NCBI GenBank assembly: GCA_036172245.1
Contig: JAYWIR010000001.1
Span: 6,820,001-6,884,000, forward strand
Reading direction: 5' to 3'
Source of the DNA: Raillietiella orientalis
Taxonomy: Eukaryota
Length of the DNA: 64,000 nt
This document shows positions 12,151 through 30,800 of this stretch, piece after piece. A model generated the notes under the pieces. It was not told the origin of the DNA and did not search any database. It saw only the letters and a list, made by a program, of their open reading frames with translations. Within the stretch, counting starts at the first letter, position 1, and every line of letters begins with the position of its first letter. The position numbers were made by a program, and so were the translations under genes.

Positions 12151-14299
12151 TTGGCAGATCTTTTATCTGCAGTCCATAACTTAGGAGAAGGACTGACAGC
12201 AAGTGGGTGATCTCCTTCTGAATGTCCACTCTTACGAGTGCGGGTTGTGGTTAGAATAACTTTTATTTTATGATAAGAAACCCCAATAGATGGTGCTACG
12301 AAGCAGAGAGACGTAGGCTCTGCCAAAGGATACACAGGGAGCATGGAAACTGCTATTTGTGTTTAGCTCAGAAGAGTTATAGTGTTGACTTTATAACGCC
12401 AAGATACCGTAAGGGCATCTTAGTCTCAGTAAGCTGCACCCCGATAAAGTGGTCAATTTAACTCTTCCAAATACAAGAGTTCAGTGCTTTTCGCGCGTTA
12501 CTGCTGCAAGTCTTCTTACGTAATTTAAAAGATCTAAAAAAAATCCGACCGCAAGAAAGAGAATCCGCTTGCTGATATGACTACATGTGAAAGAAACCTT
12601 TAAGCACATCAATCCACGAAACCGTACGTTGCTTTGTACCTAAGGGACATGAACTGTTCGACCAGGTAGATCTCATCGAGAAATTTCGCCCAGTTTCTTA
12701 AAAAGCTGGATTGCATCCAGTTCGTTTTGTCGCCATTTTGGAATCATGGCACCTTTTGAAGATTTGTGAAAACTGATTCATCTCACCACACACCGGAATT
12801 GCAATAGCAGCATGAGACGAACCAAAAACTTGCTTCCAGTGCATACTTCCCTCTGTATCATCGTTTTCTTCGAGGAGCCATGACTACGTCCTTGCTCCAG
12901 AGACATTCCTCTTTGCTGTTGGAAACAAACAGAAAAAAAAAAAGTTCATGAAATCGTTCCTACCGAATTCCAACATCCTATATTTTTCAAAAGTCAAGCA
13001 ATATTAAGTATGTGAGTCTGTTAAATGTGGCTCATTTTTTACCAGAGAGCGGCATGAACGGTCCTTAGAAGAATGAGTGGCAAAGCACATGAAGACGGTG
13101 CTTAGAACACTGAAGGAACCACCTACTTTGCTTGGCAAGATGGAGGTTTAGGGGAGCAACCAGCTGTAAATCAAAGACGTGGAAACATCATCTTTGTCCT
13201 TAGACTCACGCACACGCATCGCTTTGGTCGCAGATAAACTTCGGAGAACACAGTAAACTGGTCCTGCATGTCTCTCCACCAGTAGCGAGACCATTAGTTA
13301 CTTCAGATGAGCAGATGAGATGCTAAAAAAGAGTCGGCACTATACTTTCATACGAATGCTTATCGAAGCTCCTTTCAAAACTGCTCCAAAGCATCATGGC
13401 ATTGCACTTCTTTTTTTATCTCAGATGTTTCAGCTGCCATTTGAAGTTCTTCCTCTCTTGATATTCAAAAGTTACGTCAAGGAAAATGGGATGAGCTCAT
13501 CTCATCAATTGTCTTTCTCTCTTTCGTCCTGTAGCGAAGCCTTTAAGATTCTAGAGCATGACCACGCTTCTATTAACTTATCATCCAATGATGTGTAGCG
13601 GAATTCAGTCTGTCCCTAAATGGTCCCCAACCACCTCAAATTATATGGTTCTTCATACAGTCTTACCAAGCCATTTGTTCTTCGTCACTCCATTTTCCAG
13701 TGGTGTGAAGCAGTTTCCGATGGATTCGGGTTCAGGTGTGCCCAAAGGGCTGCTTTGCTGCTTTCCCTAGTACCTTGCGCATTTGTGAGCGGCAAGACAG
13801 GAAGTCTCTGGGTGGCTTCAATCTTCAGCTCCAGTTTCCCTTGAATGTCTCCATTTGCGCTTCCGGGCCATTGAACTGAAAGGTGCATAAGTCAAGGAAC
13901 AGCGTGGAGATTGTCGGAGAGGACAATCTGCCTGTTAGTCTTCACAGCAAGTTTCTGTAAGCGGGACAAGCCGCGATCGATCTCTTCCCTGCTGGGATGA
14001 CCAATGAAAGACACCTGATCCCATCCCTGACCCCTGTTTTCCAACGATCTGCTTTCCTAATCATCGCACTGTGCTACGAACCATTAGCCAATGAGAGCTT
14101 CTTATAGGGTGCTGTGGCTTCAGTGACTTTTGAGGAAAACACTGTTAATTTTTCTTGCATCCGACGGCACGAAGTGGTCATTCGAATAAGCAAAACCCAC
14201 TTTTTCAGATTTTTGTTCTCATTTGTAATCCTTCCTGTGTTTGGTTTTCTTGGCAACTGCAACAGGAGAATCGCCATCCATTCGCGATTCCAAAATGAG

Positions 14300-17090
14300 C
14301 ACTGGTGCTTCTTGGGAAAGAGCTCGTGCCTCTTCTAGAGTCGGCACAGTGCCACCAGTCTTTTGCCGTCGAAAAATAGGTATCAAAAAAAGCGGTTTTT
14401 TCTCGCCTCTCTCAAGCAATGGGAAAGCGAGAATGACGAGGTCTGGAAACCTGATAGGAATTCCACCAAAGAGGAAGTCCAGGATTTCACATCGAAGCGT
14501 CCAACTTCAGTCGTACCCGAAACTGAGCTTTTTCCTGACCGACGAGACCTTTTTTCCGTTTTCCTCCGTGTCCTTGGGTTGGACTAACACTAAATATGAG
14601 AACACGATTGTTCGAAACTAATGTCAGTGGAGTAAACTGCAAGCTGACCCCGTTGATCTTGTAAGTAGGCATCGCGACCACTCTTCGTCGATCAAATGCA
14701 AATAAATACAATATGACGATCGCATTCAACTTCTTGGGGTTTCCAGCGTTCGAAGATGCCCTCGGCGTACGGCATTCAAGATCGAGGAGAATTCAAGTGT
14801 TCCCCTCGCTTGACAAGACGCCCCCTCCAGATGTTTTCGATGCATCTCTCATCGAAACATCTCGGAAGACAGAATACTTCTCTGACTGCAGTCTTGTTTC
14901 TGTTTCGTCACCTGCAACGCTTCAGCTCTCAGTAGGCCTGCACGCTGATCTCCAGACCCTTTGTTCCTAGTTGTTGTGAATAGTAAACCCCGAATTTTGG
15001 AGGGAGAAGGCCGGCTAGCTTGAAGGTCATTTTTGCGTTTCCTTCCTGAGCGTCGAAAGACTTCCTAACGTATCTTTTTGGAAAAAAATAAAATAAGATA
15101 ATTTTTCCTCACACGAAATCACGGTGAACGAGGCATGACTTCCTACGAATGCGATGGGCGGGCGAGTGCTGCATCGGCACGATGAAGTTCAAAAAATCAA
15201 TTTAAGCTCATTTCGATCCAGCAACATCAGCTTACATTGCTCCGATTACTAGATCAGCATGTGCCTTGTTCGTTTCCGCAGATGGTACACTTTGGTTTAT
15301 TTGTATCTTTCCCACTCCCATCTTACACCGAATGATTAACAGAACCTACATTATTCGGAGGCTGAGATCATGCTGTAAACGAAAGATGGATGATGTGTCA
15401 TGAAATACAGGCAGCTGTAGCTGACTCGCCTGAACTCGCATTAATCTTTCACGAAACACTTGGAGACTGTACTGTCACCCCTGGAGGTCGTCGAATGGGA
15501 AGAGATAGGGTTATGCAATAAGGTATTCCGTACTGACCATCGGCTAAGACTCTCCCCCTGTTCATCAGACGCACCCTACACATTTGAGTCGCTTATTGTG
15601 TTTCTCCGACCAAAATGCCCTTCCCCGGAGAAGCTGTCTCCGATCGTTCTGTTGAAGAGATTGCGAACCCTACGAGCACGAGTTGTTCCACCACGTCTTC
15701 TATTTGTTCCATGCCATCTTCATTTTTTGGTTCGATGGAAGATTTAGTGTCGATGGGTCAGTATCTCGAAAAATGGCTAATCACGTGTTCGAAGTATCGG
15801 GCTATTTGTCCATCACTGGTGGGAGAAGAGGGGAGGGGCTTTTGATGATGATGCCTGCAAAAAGTTCTTCATTGACTGCGCTACGACTTCTGCGCACACT
15901 TTCTAAAGGAGAACTTCCTGAGACCTTAGCACGAATCGCAGAAATACAGCAACGCCCAGACAAGGCGAAACGAACGTCCTTCCTACGAAAGTGTGCTGAA
16001 AGTAGCCTCAGAGTGAACGGAATCGTACTATGCCTTCCCAGGAATAGCTAGCTTGAATGAGCAAATGCCTCCTTTAAGAGCAACAGTAGTAGCTGCGCTC
16101 GCTCTTTTCGCTGTTGCAACGAGATGGATTGCAGCATCACTTTCACTGCTTCTACTTGTTACGCAGCTTCACACTCACGGTCTAGCAGGGCCTGCCGGCT
16201 ACTGTAAATTCAGCATTGTGCTTGCTCACACCCGGTGCTCAGTTCTCGTGGTGTTCTTCCTTTCCAAGAACACTAGAACCGAAGTCTCTGCCGCCTGCAT
16301 GATTGTTCACTCTTTACGAGTGTCTCTTGGGTGTGCTTGTGCGTTGATGCGCTTTCGGAGGAAAAACTGACTTCGGATCGACCTACCCAATGGTGTGTTT
16401 TTCCGACGCAATGAAATAGCGAGTTTCTTGTTTCTTATTCTCTTGTTCTAGACATGGAAAACACACGGCGAGGATTGTCTAGAATCGAAGTGTAGGATGA
16501 TTCCTTCCCTTCTATGCACGCTCTAGGAAAAGGCCTGGAGAATACTCTAGAATGGAATAAAGGCATTGTAATATTGTGGAGCTTGGAGAGTTTGAAGCTT
16601 AAAGCCATCAAAGGGTAAGCCTGTTCGTGCTGAAAAGCGGCTGCAGCAAACAATTTTCGGAGACCCCGGTTGGTTACGCAAGGACTAACGGCTTTCTCAA
16701 GGAAACCTGTTGAGGAAACGCGACTGTTTGAAACTAAGGTCAATGAGTACACCGTGAGGTGGCCGACGATCTTGTAACTAGGAAATGCGATCCTCTCTTC
16801 GCCGATCAGATGCAGATAGATACAATAAAAAAATGGAGAGAATAGCAAGAGATGGCCAGTTTCTAGAGAAGCCAGCGAGACTGTACAGCTCAAAGCAACA
16901 TGGAGATGCCCATCATCGCTGAAACGGGGAAATCCACAGCGTTGGAAATCACTTCCCGGTTACTCGTCACGTGTTGTCTGTGTTTTGTACAAATGTTCCG
17001 CGCAGCATTCAATGCAAGTCTCACTAAAGGTACGAGTCAATCCCTGAGGCGGTCAAACGCCAGGGACTCCCACAGCTCATTGGTGTAAAT
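14300..17090 (-). mobile_element. Highly decayed non-LTR retroelement fragments (endonuclease and RT remnants)
   Basis: 'FNRTIGDSFSGEGHFG' (endonuclease-like, ~15600), 'PPQG' and 'FSDDGHL' (RT-like, ~17045 and ~16910); 14580-14712 and 16717-16830 are diverged copies of each other. Boundaries approximate. Confidence 0.35.
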
Positions 17091-20000
17091 TCAAAACCTG
17101 CATTTTTAAAATCGAATTTTTTGTTCGGATGGGCAGAACTTCCTCTGTAGCCATCCTAATACTCTAAGCTCCTCCACAAATTAGCTTAATGCACGGATTC
17201 CTTAAGCTGCTTTTCCTAAATGCAATCTTGTTCTACAAACGATATTGATGAAATCTCTTGACAAGCTTTGAAAAACGATTTTATAGAACAACTACAAGTT
17301 CATGAATGAGAACAAAAATGCAGACATCAGTTTTCTAACACAGGAATGTAAAAGACATCATTAAAAACAATGCATCGCATTACAAGGTTTACTTCTTTTT
17401 CAAAGTTTATAATAGAATTGCGATGATTCAACAGTTGTTGTCCATCTTTCACATATACTCCTTGAAGTTCGTTTAGATGTCTGCATTTCTCAAAGTTTTC
17501 CTCTTGTTGTTTTCCTTGGATTTCACATTTCTGGTTCTATCTCCTAAACGTAAAAGTGAATGAGACACAATATTGGAGATGTGCCTCAACAGTGTTACGA
17601 TACATCATGATTATTTAGGCATTAGAATTTAAATGATTCACGAAATTGAATTTTCTTTGTTTTTGTTTTTTTGATTTATAAAAAAACAGTAGATAGGATG
17701 GATATACCTGACCTGTTTTCTCAATAGAGCTATTCTTCACAATTCCTTTGAAACCGAACAAGGAAAATGAATACCAAGAGGCTGCTTTTCAAAATTCTAT
17801 GGTACTCCTCGAGGATGCTTACCTTAACACGATGTGCTCTCGTAAGATCTGAAGCAATTGAGAGAAATATTCGAGCTTTCCTGCTCTTAACTGACTTCTA
17901 GATGGAAATTGTGATGAACAATTCAAGTGTTCCGCTCCCTAATTTACATAATTAAAAAACCTAAAATGGAAATTTCAATTAGGTTAGACTTTTTGCGCGT
18001 TTCCCATTTTTTAGATTGAAATACACTCAATTCGATGTACTTTTTTCTAACTGTTTATTTTTCGATGGAGACGACCAACTAAAATGTCTTTTAATTTTAT
18101 TTCATCTCTATCAACTTCAGGGATTACATCTCTCTGATATTGGCCTGTTGAAATCGTATTTCACGGAAGGTGGACCTCAGATATGGCTCCTGTCTAAAAA
18201 TATGAACCCTTCAAGAGTTCGCACTATTTCCGTTAGCATTTGATTTTGGTCATCTGATGGTTTCTTAACTTCCTTTTTACTTGAGTCGCATGTTTCTGTC
18301 TTGGAATAATCTCCAGTTTCTGCGGGTACACATTGGATTCGGACATGAGAAACCCTGGGAAAAGGCTCTGATATCCAGTAAGAATTTTTAATGGGTGATT
18401 CCAGTCAAGGTGCATTGATTCTCAACAACAAAAATTTTTCTAATGGAAACTTAAGGCTCAGGTTTCAAACATAATTTTCTCTCAGTGTTCCTGATGTACT
18501 TGAACAAGTCTTTTACTTTACTTTTTGTTGTAAATTACATCGATGCGTTTCTCGATCAGTAGATCTTCCCTCATTCTAGGATCCTCAGTGAACTTTGAAT
18601 CCAATTAATTTCTTCTCATTGCAAACCATCATACTAATTCCCATATTGTGTTTTTCATAATAATTCTTTGTTTCCCTTTGCAAATTTATTATTGTCATAG
18701 CTTAGAAAGCTTCTTACAATCCTTTATCTCTCTTAGCTTTCTAACCATACTTTTTTTTTTGGTTCATCGAAAGCATGGTGTGCTTGCTTCCTAAAGTTTT
18801 TACTTGTCCTCAAGTTAAATAATAGACTGAATTGGTTCTGGTAGGCACACTGTCCTTATGTTAACTTGCATTCTTCTATTGACTTGAAATCTTGAAGTAA
18901 ACAGAGGTCACGTAGAAATTGACTTTCTTTGGGCGGTCTATGCCAAGTTAAACAATAGCTCGACAAGCTTTGTTCTCTAAGCTATTTCCCGGGAAGCCAC
19001 ATTAATGACTGCTAAAGATACGTGTCCGTAAATTTTGAATCCCGAATCAAACTTTATTTATAATGTGTTGTTAAATTCAAAATGCACATTTATGTTCATT
19101 TTCTTCGGGTGACACGTATGCGCAGATTATTCATGAGCAGAGTATAAGTAAAACATAGTAATTTGAACAGATATCAGTTGATACTTTGAATAATCTATGT
19201 AACTTTCTATCAACATACATTAAACTAATCGAGGTAGATATTGGGACTATGGCTGCAATTTCTATCCACCTACTGTCTTACTTTGAAGCGTGAATTATGT
19301 TTCCTTTATATATTTTTATCGAAAACAGTCCTCCAAAATTTGCTGAAACTATCTCTCGGTTTCGTTCACAATATTCTTCCGATAACTATAAACTGTGTTC
19401 ATAAACTGCTTTCCTTCAGACTTTAGAGCAAGAGTTCATTCCAACTTCAAGCTTTCCTGAAACACTCGTTGACAAGCTTTCCTTTAAAACCACAAAGCGT
19501 CTTTGGTTCTTGAGAGCAAGATGAAAGCTGACTTTCAAATTGCTTTTTTTTTTCTTCTTTTTTATTTAGTCCTATGATCAAATGCATTCAGAATCCCCTT
19601 TGCTGTCTATTTCCATTTATTCCAGGGAATGCCAGTGACTCGTTGTTTCACTGCCAGTGCTAATATTACGAAGCAAAACGAAAATTTTTAGATGACAGAA
19701 ATCGAAAAGCAAATAATTATTTTGTTTTAAGAAAGTACGGAAGATCAGAATGCCGAGTAATTGAATTCTTACAGTGTGGCTGATGATTTGAAATATGAAA
19801 CCTTTGATCGATAACGAAGAATTAATGGAGTTGTAAGTTCCTATTTTGAAGAGGACATTTCTAACTAACAGCAACAAAATTGCCAGGTCGTGCACCCAAC
19901 TGTGCACTTTCTTTCGTGAGAAGATACTTCGATATATTTCTCGATAATAAATTGTGGATCTTATAAAAGTCTGGTACCAAATTGCTTGCATCCTTAAAAT

Positions 20001-20267
20001 ATTAGTTCGGTAAACCATATTTTGAAGTTTCTGTGAAGTGAAAAATGGCTGTTTCTTAAAATGCTCCTGAAGCTTTTAGCACACGAGCAAATTTTTTTAA
20101 TATTGAAATCTAACGTTTATCTATGTGGATATCTGAATCCTCAGAGTTACTGCCTCCGTTTTACCTTCATTACGAAATACAAACAGAAATGAAAATTGAT
20201 ATGAAAAATCTACTGCATGACGAAGACTAGATCGGATCTCATTTAAAGATTAATAAATCTTAGAGGA

Positions 20268-24608
<4,341 letters not shown>

Positions 24609-25899
24609 GCAATATAATAATCATTCCTTTTTGTTTTCTACATTCCAATGATGACAAAGATTCCAATCTGCCATGGCAGGCAGAAAGCTTACCAGTATGC
24701 TTTCTTTTAACATTTGTGGGAGGACTAGTGACAGTTTGATCTTTGTGAAGAACACCTTTCTCCATTCCAAAACTTTCATTGACCCAGTAGTTAATTCTGG
24801 CATTTTTTATCTAAGTTAGCGATTGAGTACCTGATAGTTCTTTTGTGTATTTGCTTATTATGGGCTTTCAAAGGGTAAGTTTTTTCATGAAATATAGCTA
24901 TCCAGCATTCCTGTTATTATGTTCTAGTTTTCCTCAAATACTCATAAAGTATTTGTTGCACAGTATCAGAAATAACCTGTGTATAAATAGTGTGGAAATA
25001 TGGTGTTCCAAAAAAAAAATGCTTTAGATTTCATGAATATGAAGAATAAACCCATGAAGGTACTGTTTGAAAATTATCAAACTAAAGATCGGTTTGAGGG
25101 CGTTGGTGCTTATTGTGTTTGCATTTAGTACAATTAGTTTTACATATGCATTAAATGGAAACCGTTTACTTATAAAGGATTCATAATGCTCATAATCAGA
25201 ATGTGATCTCCTGAGGAATTAGTTTTGCAGGTTCATCCGAGACTTCATATCACGTTTTTTCACCCATACGATACCTTTTCTCCATTAAAATTTTTGATGT
25301 AAGAGTGATTTATTCTAAAGTAATAATACGATGTACATAAGCAGCAAGTCTCGTTGAACCTATTTGCAAATATTGCTGCTTATTACTGTCACAACTGACA
25401 TTTGTTTGCTGATCAAGGAGGAATGCCATTTCCGTAAGGTTGGGGGTCACGAAACCACCGAGTGGCATAGGTGACCCCATATCTGCTACGGAGGGATGTT
25501 TCTCGTTTAAAAAGTGAATATTTCTCTCATATTTATGTTTGTTAGAGTTGATCGAGCACCTGGGAAATGTGCAATGCATGGAGCACAACAGCATAGTGTC
25601 AAAAGCTGTGGTTATTGAAAAACGATTAGCACAGAGAATTCTCTGTTAAATCCGAGATTTGCTGGATCTCCCGGTCAGAGGTCCTTCATGTAATTTACGA
25701 ATGAGTGGCCAGCTGTGGAAGGTGCATCAAATTGGGTTTTCGAAACTCATCGCATTTAGCCCAACATCAAACCGAAAATTCAGTTATGAGGGATGTAGGG
25801 CGTTTTCCTTGAATTGGAAGTTGCTTAATTCGTCCTGTTTCCTTTCCTGTTTTTTTGTTTTTTTTTTTTACAGTTGTTTTTGACGTTGTTTCTTGTGAC

Positions 25900-27250
25900 T
25901 CAGCGGGAACAAAATCAAATTGTAAGGGACACCTTGTCGTAACAGATTATGTGCTTACCAACCACACCTCGAGCACTTAAAAGAGTCATTACCATGTAGA
26001 GTTGTGATGATATCCTCCAGTCTTCATTCATGCTGGCTGCGTGGGGTGTGCTTTTTCGTAGAAATCGTAGAAGTATGGCGAGTTTTACCTGTAAGCATGA
26101 GCTACAAAAACCCTTACGCACGTTATAAGTTAGCAGACTGAAAAGTCTTCTCGAAATGTGATGCCATCTTCCTTACGTTCCTTCCTCAGCTGTCTGATTA
26201 ATTTAATGCTTAGCCGTTTCCGAAAACAAAGTAGCGTTTTGACCTCGGCTGTGAATCCTTGTCAACATATGGACGGCTCAAGTTGAGTTGCTGCTCCCAT
26301 TTAAGGTCCTGAAATTCTTTGTAAAGGTTCCAGTTCCTTTCCTTGTGGACATCATCATGGCGGTGACCCCGCAGTCTGATGAAGATGCTGCAAAAATTTA
26401 TTAAAAGGCCCTCAGGTGGCGTAAGCTGTGCTCTCGTGCAAATGATCACAAGAACTTGCGAGCCACCAGTGCTTTTAGAGCGGATGTGAATTCCTGTTGC
26501 CTTGAAGCAGTTGTGTTGTAGGATCGAATGTACCAGAAGAAATGGGGTTAGCCGATGATACAGTACAGTAAACATCGAACAGATGGTTCGCTCTCGATTG
26601 ACATGAGCTTGAAGTTGACATCAGTTTGCTCTCGATTGACAGTATCTGACGTGCATCCGAGGCGGTACGTTCGTGCTTGAAAATGGAATGTGAATATTCA
26701 AGCAGCTTTTTGCTGGATTTATATGGAGAATCAAAATTAACAAGTTATAGATATTTTGTATTTCCCCTGTTGAATGTCCATTAGAGTACAGCTAGAACTG
26801 TTTGACCTTCGTTCATTTATCCGAAAATAAAAACCCAATGATTGTGAACTGGCAGCAATGATTGCGAACGTGAATGGCCCAAAGGCACCTGACAAACGGT
26901 GCATCAAAATGTCGTGGCAAGCGGACCGACCAACGATTTTGATGGCGAGCTCAAATCCCATCATCCCGATGCGAGTGCAATCCGAGGTAAATGCCGGACG
27001 TGTAGAGAGCTCTCAAGATTGATGTTATACTTCGACATTTGTTTGGAAACTTTAAGATGTCAAATCCAGGAGAGCTGGAAGTCATCCTTGCGCTTCTTGC
27101 ACATATCGTCACGCATGCTGTAAGGATGGTAACGTCATGGGAATAATGCAATTATTATTTTTTTTAATCATAGACTTGCAGCACTGTTGGCACTGCTTTT
27201 GTGTGTGCGTGTGTCACAGGTAATTACAGTTGATCGAGCAAACAAAGAAT
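25900..27250 (-). mobile_element. Degenerate piggyBac-like transposase remnant
   Basis: 'LYTSGIYLGLHSHRD' and 'FKATGIHIRSKS' (cf. ATGTIRxNR) in piggyBac order; no termini identified. Confidence 0.4.
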
Positions 27251-27850
27251 GCCTCACTAAGTAAACTACCCGGATCTTCCTACTTTGCTTAGTAATGTCG
27301 ATGGCATTAATTCTGAGTTGCGAATACGAATCCGTAGTTCTGATCAAAAGACGCGCCAACGACTCGCTTACTCGTTACCTGATGCCGCTGCTATTTCGGC
27401 AGCCCGTGGCGTGCACATCTTCTGGCAAGCCTGAATGCTGTCCATGTGTTTGGCCTGCCCGGAGCATATATGTAAAAAAGTAATTGAGGACAAAAAAAAC
27501 GCGAGTGCAAGATGCTAGCAACACGCTAGCTTTTAAAATCCTTTTTGAGCGTTTTAAAACCGTCAACATCTATTAATCAGAGAAATCCAAAGACAGTACC
27601 TACTCGAAAGAATTAATCGGGAGTTTCCGATTCTCACACCCAATTTTCACAAAGCTCTTGAAGATGAAAAATATTTGTCCGAAGTAGGCTTCGTAGTAGC
27701 CGTTTTAATTTTTTTTTTAAAAAAATAGCAATCATTAGAAAACCACTAAAAATAAAAAAAATTAAAACTGTATTTCGCTTTTTTTTTTAAAAAAAAAAAA
27801 AAAAATGAGGTCTGGAATGGACGGCATATGAACGACTTTCTGAGAAATGA

Positions 27851-30800
27851 TCATCGGTAAAAGCTCGAAAGAATCACAGTCATTGGTAAGGCAACAACAA
27901 TCCACGTGGACAACGGCCATGTGGCTGAGGCCAAACGGCACTTTAAGGTATCAAACCTGAAAGCAGAATGAAAGCAGCGGGCGGTCCGATTGCGATGGGC
28001 TCTTTCGGTCCCACCTGGTAGGCTTGTCGTCGCGCATGTTGTCGAATTCCGCTTCAACCACTTGCCCGTCGTAGTAGGTCGTCGGGTTCTCGTAGGGGTA
28101 CTCGTACCCCTGATGACACACGCACTTGTATCCTCCTTTGAAGAAACCCCTTCCTTGGATGGGCACGCAATAAGAAGTTTTGCGATCACACTTATGGGAA
28201 TCTTTAAAAATGTTCGGAACCCAAGGATCATCGGGGCACTGATTAATGTCCATGACGCCGATATCCATGGCAATCCGAACTGCACCTCTGATAATCAAAA
28301 ACAGTGTCATTAAGTCGTTATTACGGGGCGGCTGCGTTTCTTACTTCACGAATGAGACAGGGAAAACAAAGAAAGAAAGGCATCTGCGTGAGTTCTTCGT
28401 CTAGACGATTTTAAGAAACAGCACCAGACTCCCGAAACGACAGAGTTGACAGACAACCGATACAATATATCCTACTTGAATTCCAATTTGTCCTTGACGG
28501 AATCCCAACCGAAAAACGGAGCGGCGTACGCAATGATCCACTTCTTGTGGAAACCATCGCAGTCGAAATAGGGTCTGCTCCACGATCCGTGCTGCATGTT
28601 TGCAGCGCGGTACTTCGTGGGGTACTGCTCGTATTTCCTTTCAAAGAGGCCGCTCGCGTTGAACCTCATGTGCATCTTTAGGAAAACTTCCTCGAGGGTG
28701 TCGAAGTTGGCCGACCAGCGAGTCCTCAACTCCCGAAACCAAGGCAGGTTCAGATACAGATGCTCTGCGGGGTTCGCTGCACGGCCTGCGCCGATAAACC
28801 ACCGCCTGCTCACCTTCATCCGTCAGCCTCGCCAAATCTTCGACGAAGAACTTTCGCGTGTTCAGCCTGGTTTTGTATGCGTACGGCGCGAACAGTGACT
28901 TCTTGCCGAACTTGTGTCGGTCCCAAAACACGCCAGCTCCCCAGATTCGGGGATTCCCGAGGAGGAGGGAGAGCGCTTCCCCGATGATCTGATCCTCGGT
29001 GAGAAGTTGGTCGGTGACTCGCAGTTCGGAAAACAAATCCTTCAGGTCGACGATCTGCAGGAAACTGCTGATGAAGTTGGCGAGGCGCAGCGCCATGCGC
29101 GCTTCGTTCTCGAACTGCTTCTCGGCACCGAACGCAACGTCGCCTCCCAGAACAAGGTCGTCCTCACTGAACTGAGATCTAGGTAGAGCAGTGACATCCA
29201 AGATCCAAAGAAGCACCGCACCTGTCACTGCAATTCCCCAGTCTGACCCTGTCCATGAAGCCGAGGATCTGATCTATGCTGTCGTATTTGCTTATTTTGG
29301 CCTTTGGATCGACGGTGGAATTCACGTTAGCAGATTCCAAGTACTTTCGCCGGAGCAACGGGTCCATCTTCTCCCAGTTGAGGGGCATTGTCATTACAAC
29401 TGCAAGCAGTAAAAAAAAAAAAAAAAAAAGGGGAAAAATCAGGGAAACCCGTCTTCTTCCTCTACGGAACTCACATCCAATGCGATCACAGGTGAAAACG
29501 TCCTGGTACTCGTCCGAAGTTGCCCTTTCGACCACTTCTCCGAGATAGGGGGAACGGACGATGTTTGGCAAACGGTGGCCCGGTTGGCACCGGCACATGT
29601 AGCCTCCACGGCGGAAGCCCCATCCGTGTAGCGGCTCGCACTTTGGGACGGTCCCTTTCTGCGCGGGTTAAAGAGCAGTTAAAAACCTCAGTGGTCGGCT
29701 TGCATCTGCTGGTCCCGGCGAACCGGTTCGGCCCGATGTTCCCCTCTCCCAGAGGACACTGGTTTATGTCGATGCGCTCGAAATCCAATTCGATCACGGA
29801 TGCGGCGACGTAGCTGATGGCGCAAAAAGATTGAAAGCGATCGAGTAGGCCGTTCAATACTTTGGGTATTCAATGTGCCTGAAGCCTGTGTGACGAGGAT
29901 AGATGTCCACAATGGGTGCCACAGACCCGAAGATCCACTTGTTCGATCGTCCGCAGTCAAAATAAGGCAGTGTCCAATTCACTGGTCCAGGGATTTCGTC
30001 GGCACCTGTTTTCGGTATCTTTTGTTAGAATTTGTGTTTGGCGGGTATTGTGTTGTTGAGAAGCTTAAGTTTAAGACTGACTGTCGCACCTGGAGGACCA
30101 TGCCACGTGAACGTCTCGTTCGTGTTGTTGGCATATCGGATGCGAACGTGGTAAATCGTTTTGGTGTCGTGACGCTTGACGTTGTCGGGAAGCCATTTCC
30201 TGTACCAGTCGTTAATCCTGTACTCATCCGCAGTGTAGTTGAGGCTACGGCTATTGAAAGGAATGGCTCCCAGGTCGTTGGCTTGTATGGTGTTCAACGT
30301 AGAAATTCGTTCCAAGTGGTAAGGGTCGTTATAGTCGTCCAGTCTGGAAAGTGAGAGTCAAGTCAGCTATCGGCTAGCCTCGAATGCACAGCGAAAGCCA
30401 TTTGCACACATCTGATTATACCAAACGTCAACAGTCGTCGCAGGAGAAACGCACGCGGACGTGTAAAAAAAAAAAGAAAAGAAAAGAAAAGAAACCGGCA
30501 GGGAGCATGCTGCGGTTGCGAGAGCCGCATGACCCTCGCCGGGTCACGACAGTTCGTTCGAACGAGGAACGGCCAGAAGCCCCGTGGGCTGCGACACCCC
30601 CGAGTGACGAGGTGATGTTCAATTCGATACCTCTGTCTGGACGGCAACATTCGAATACTACGGAAGAAGAGCAGAACATTCGAAACTTGAAAGGACGATT
30701 TCTTTCTCTGCTATCGTTCCCAACGATGGGAAGCTGTTCGTATTACCATCTGTATGCTTTGACTTCAGATTACTGTGCTTCCGAAATCGAAAGAATTCCC

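Noticed and set aside
17100..20050. Possible minus-strand gene divergent from RSK (exon-like open stretches at ~17400-17540 and 19600-20000)
   Set aside because: Could not phase exons consistently; the region also holds RT-like debris.
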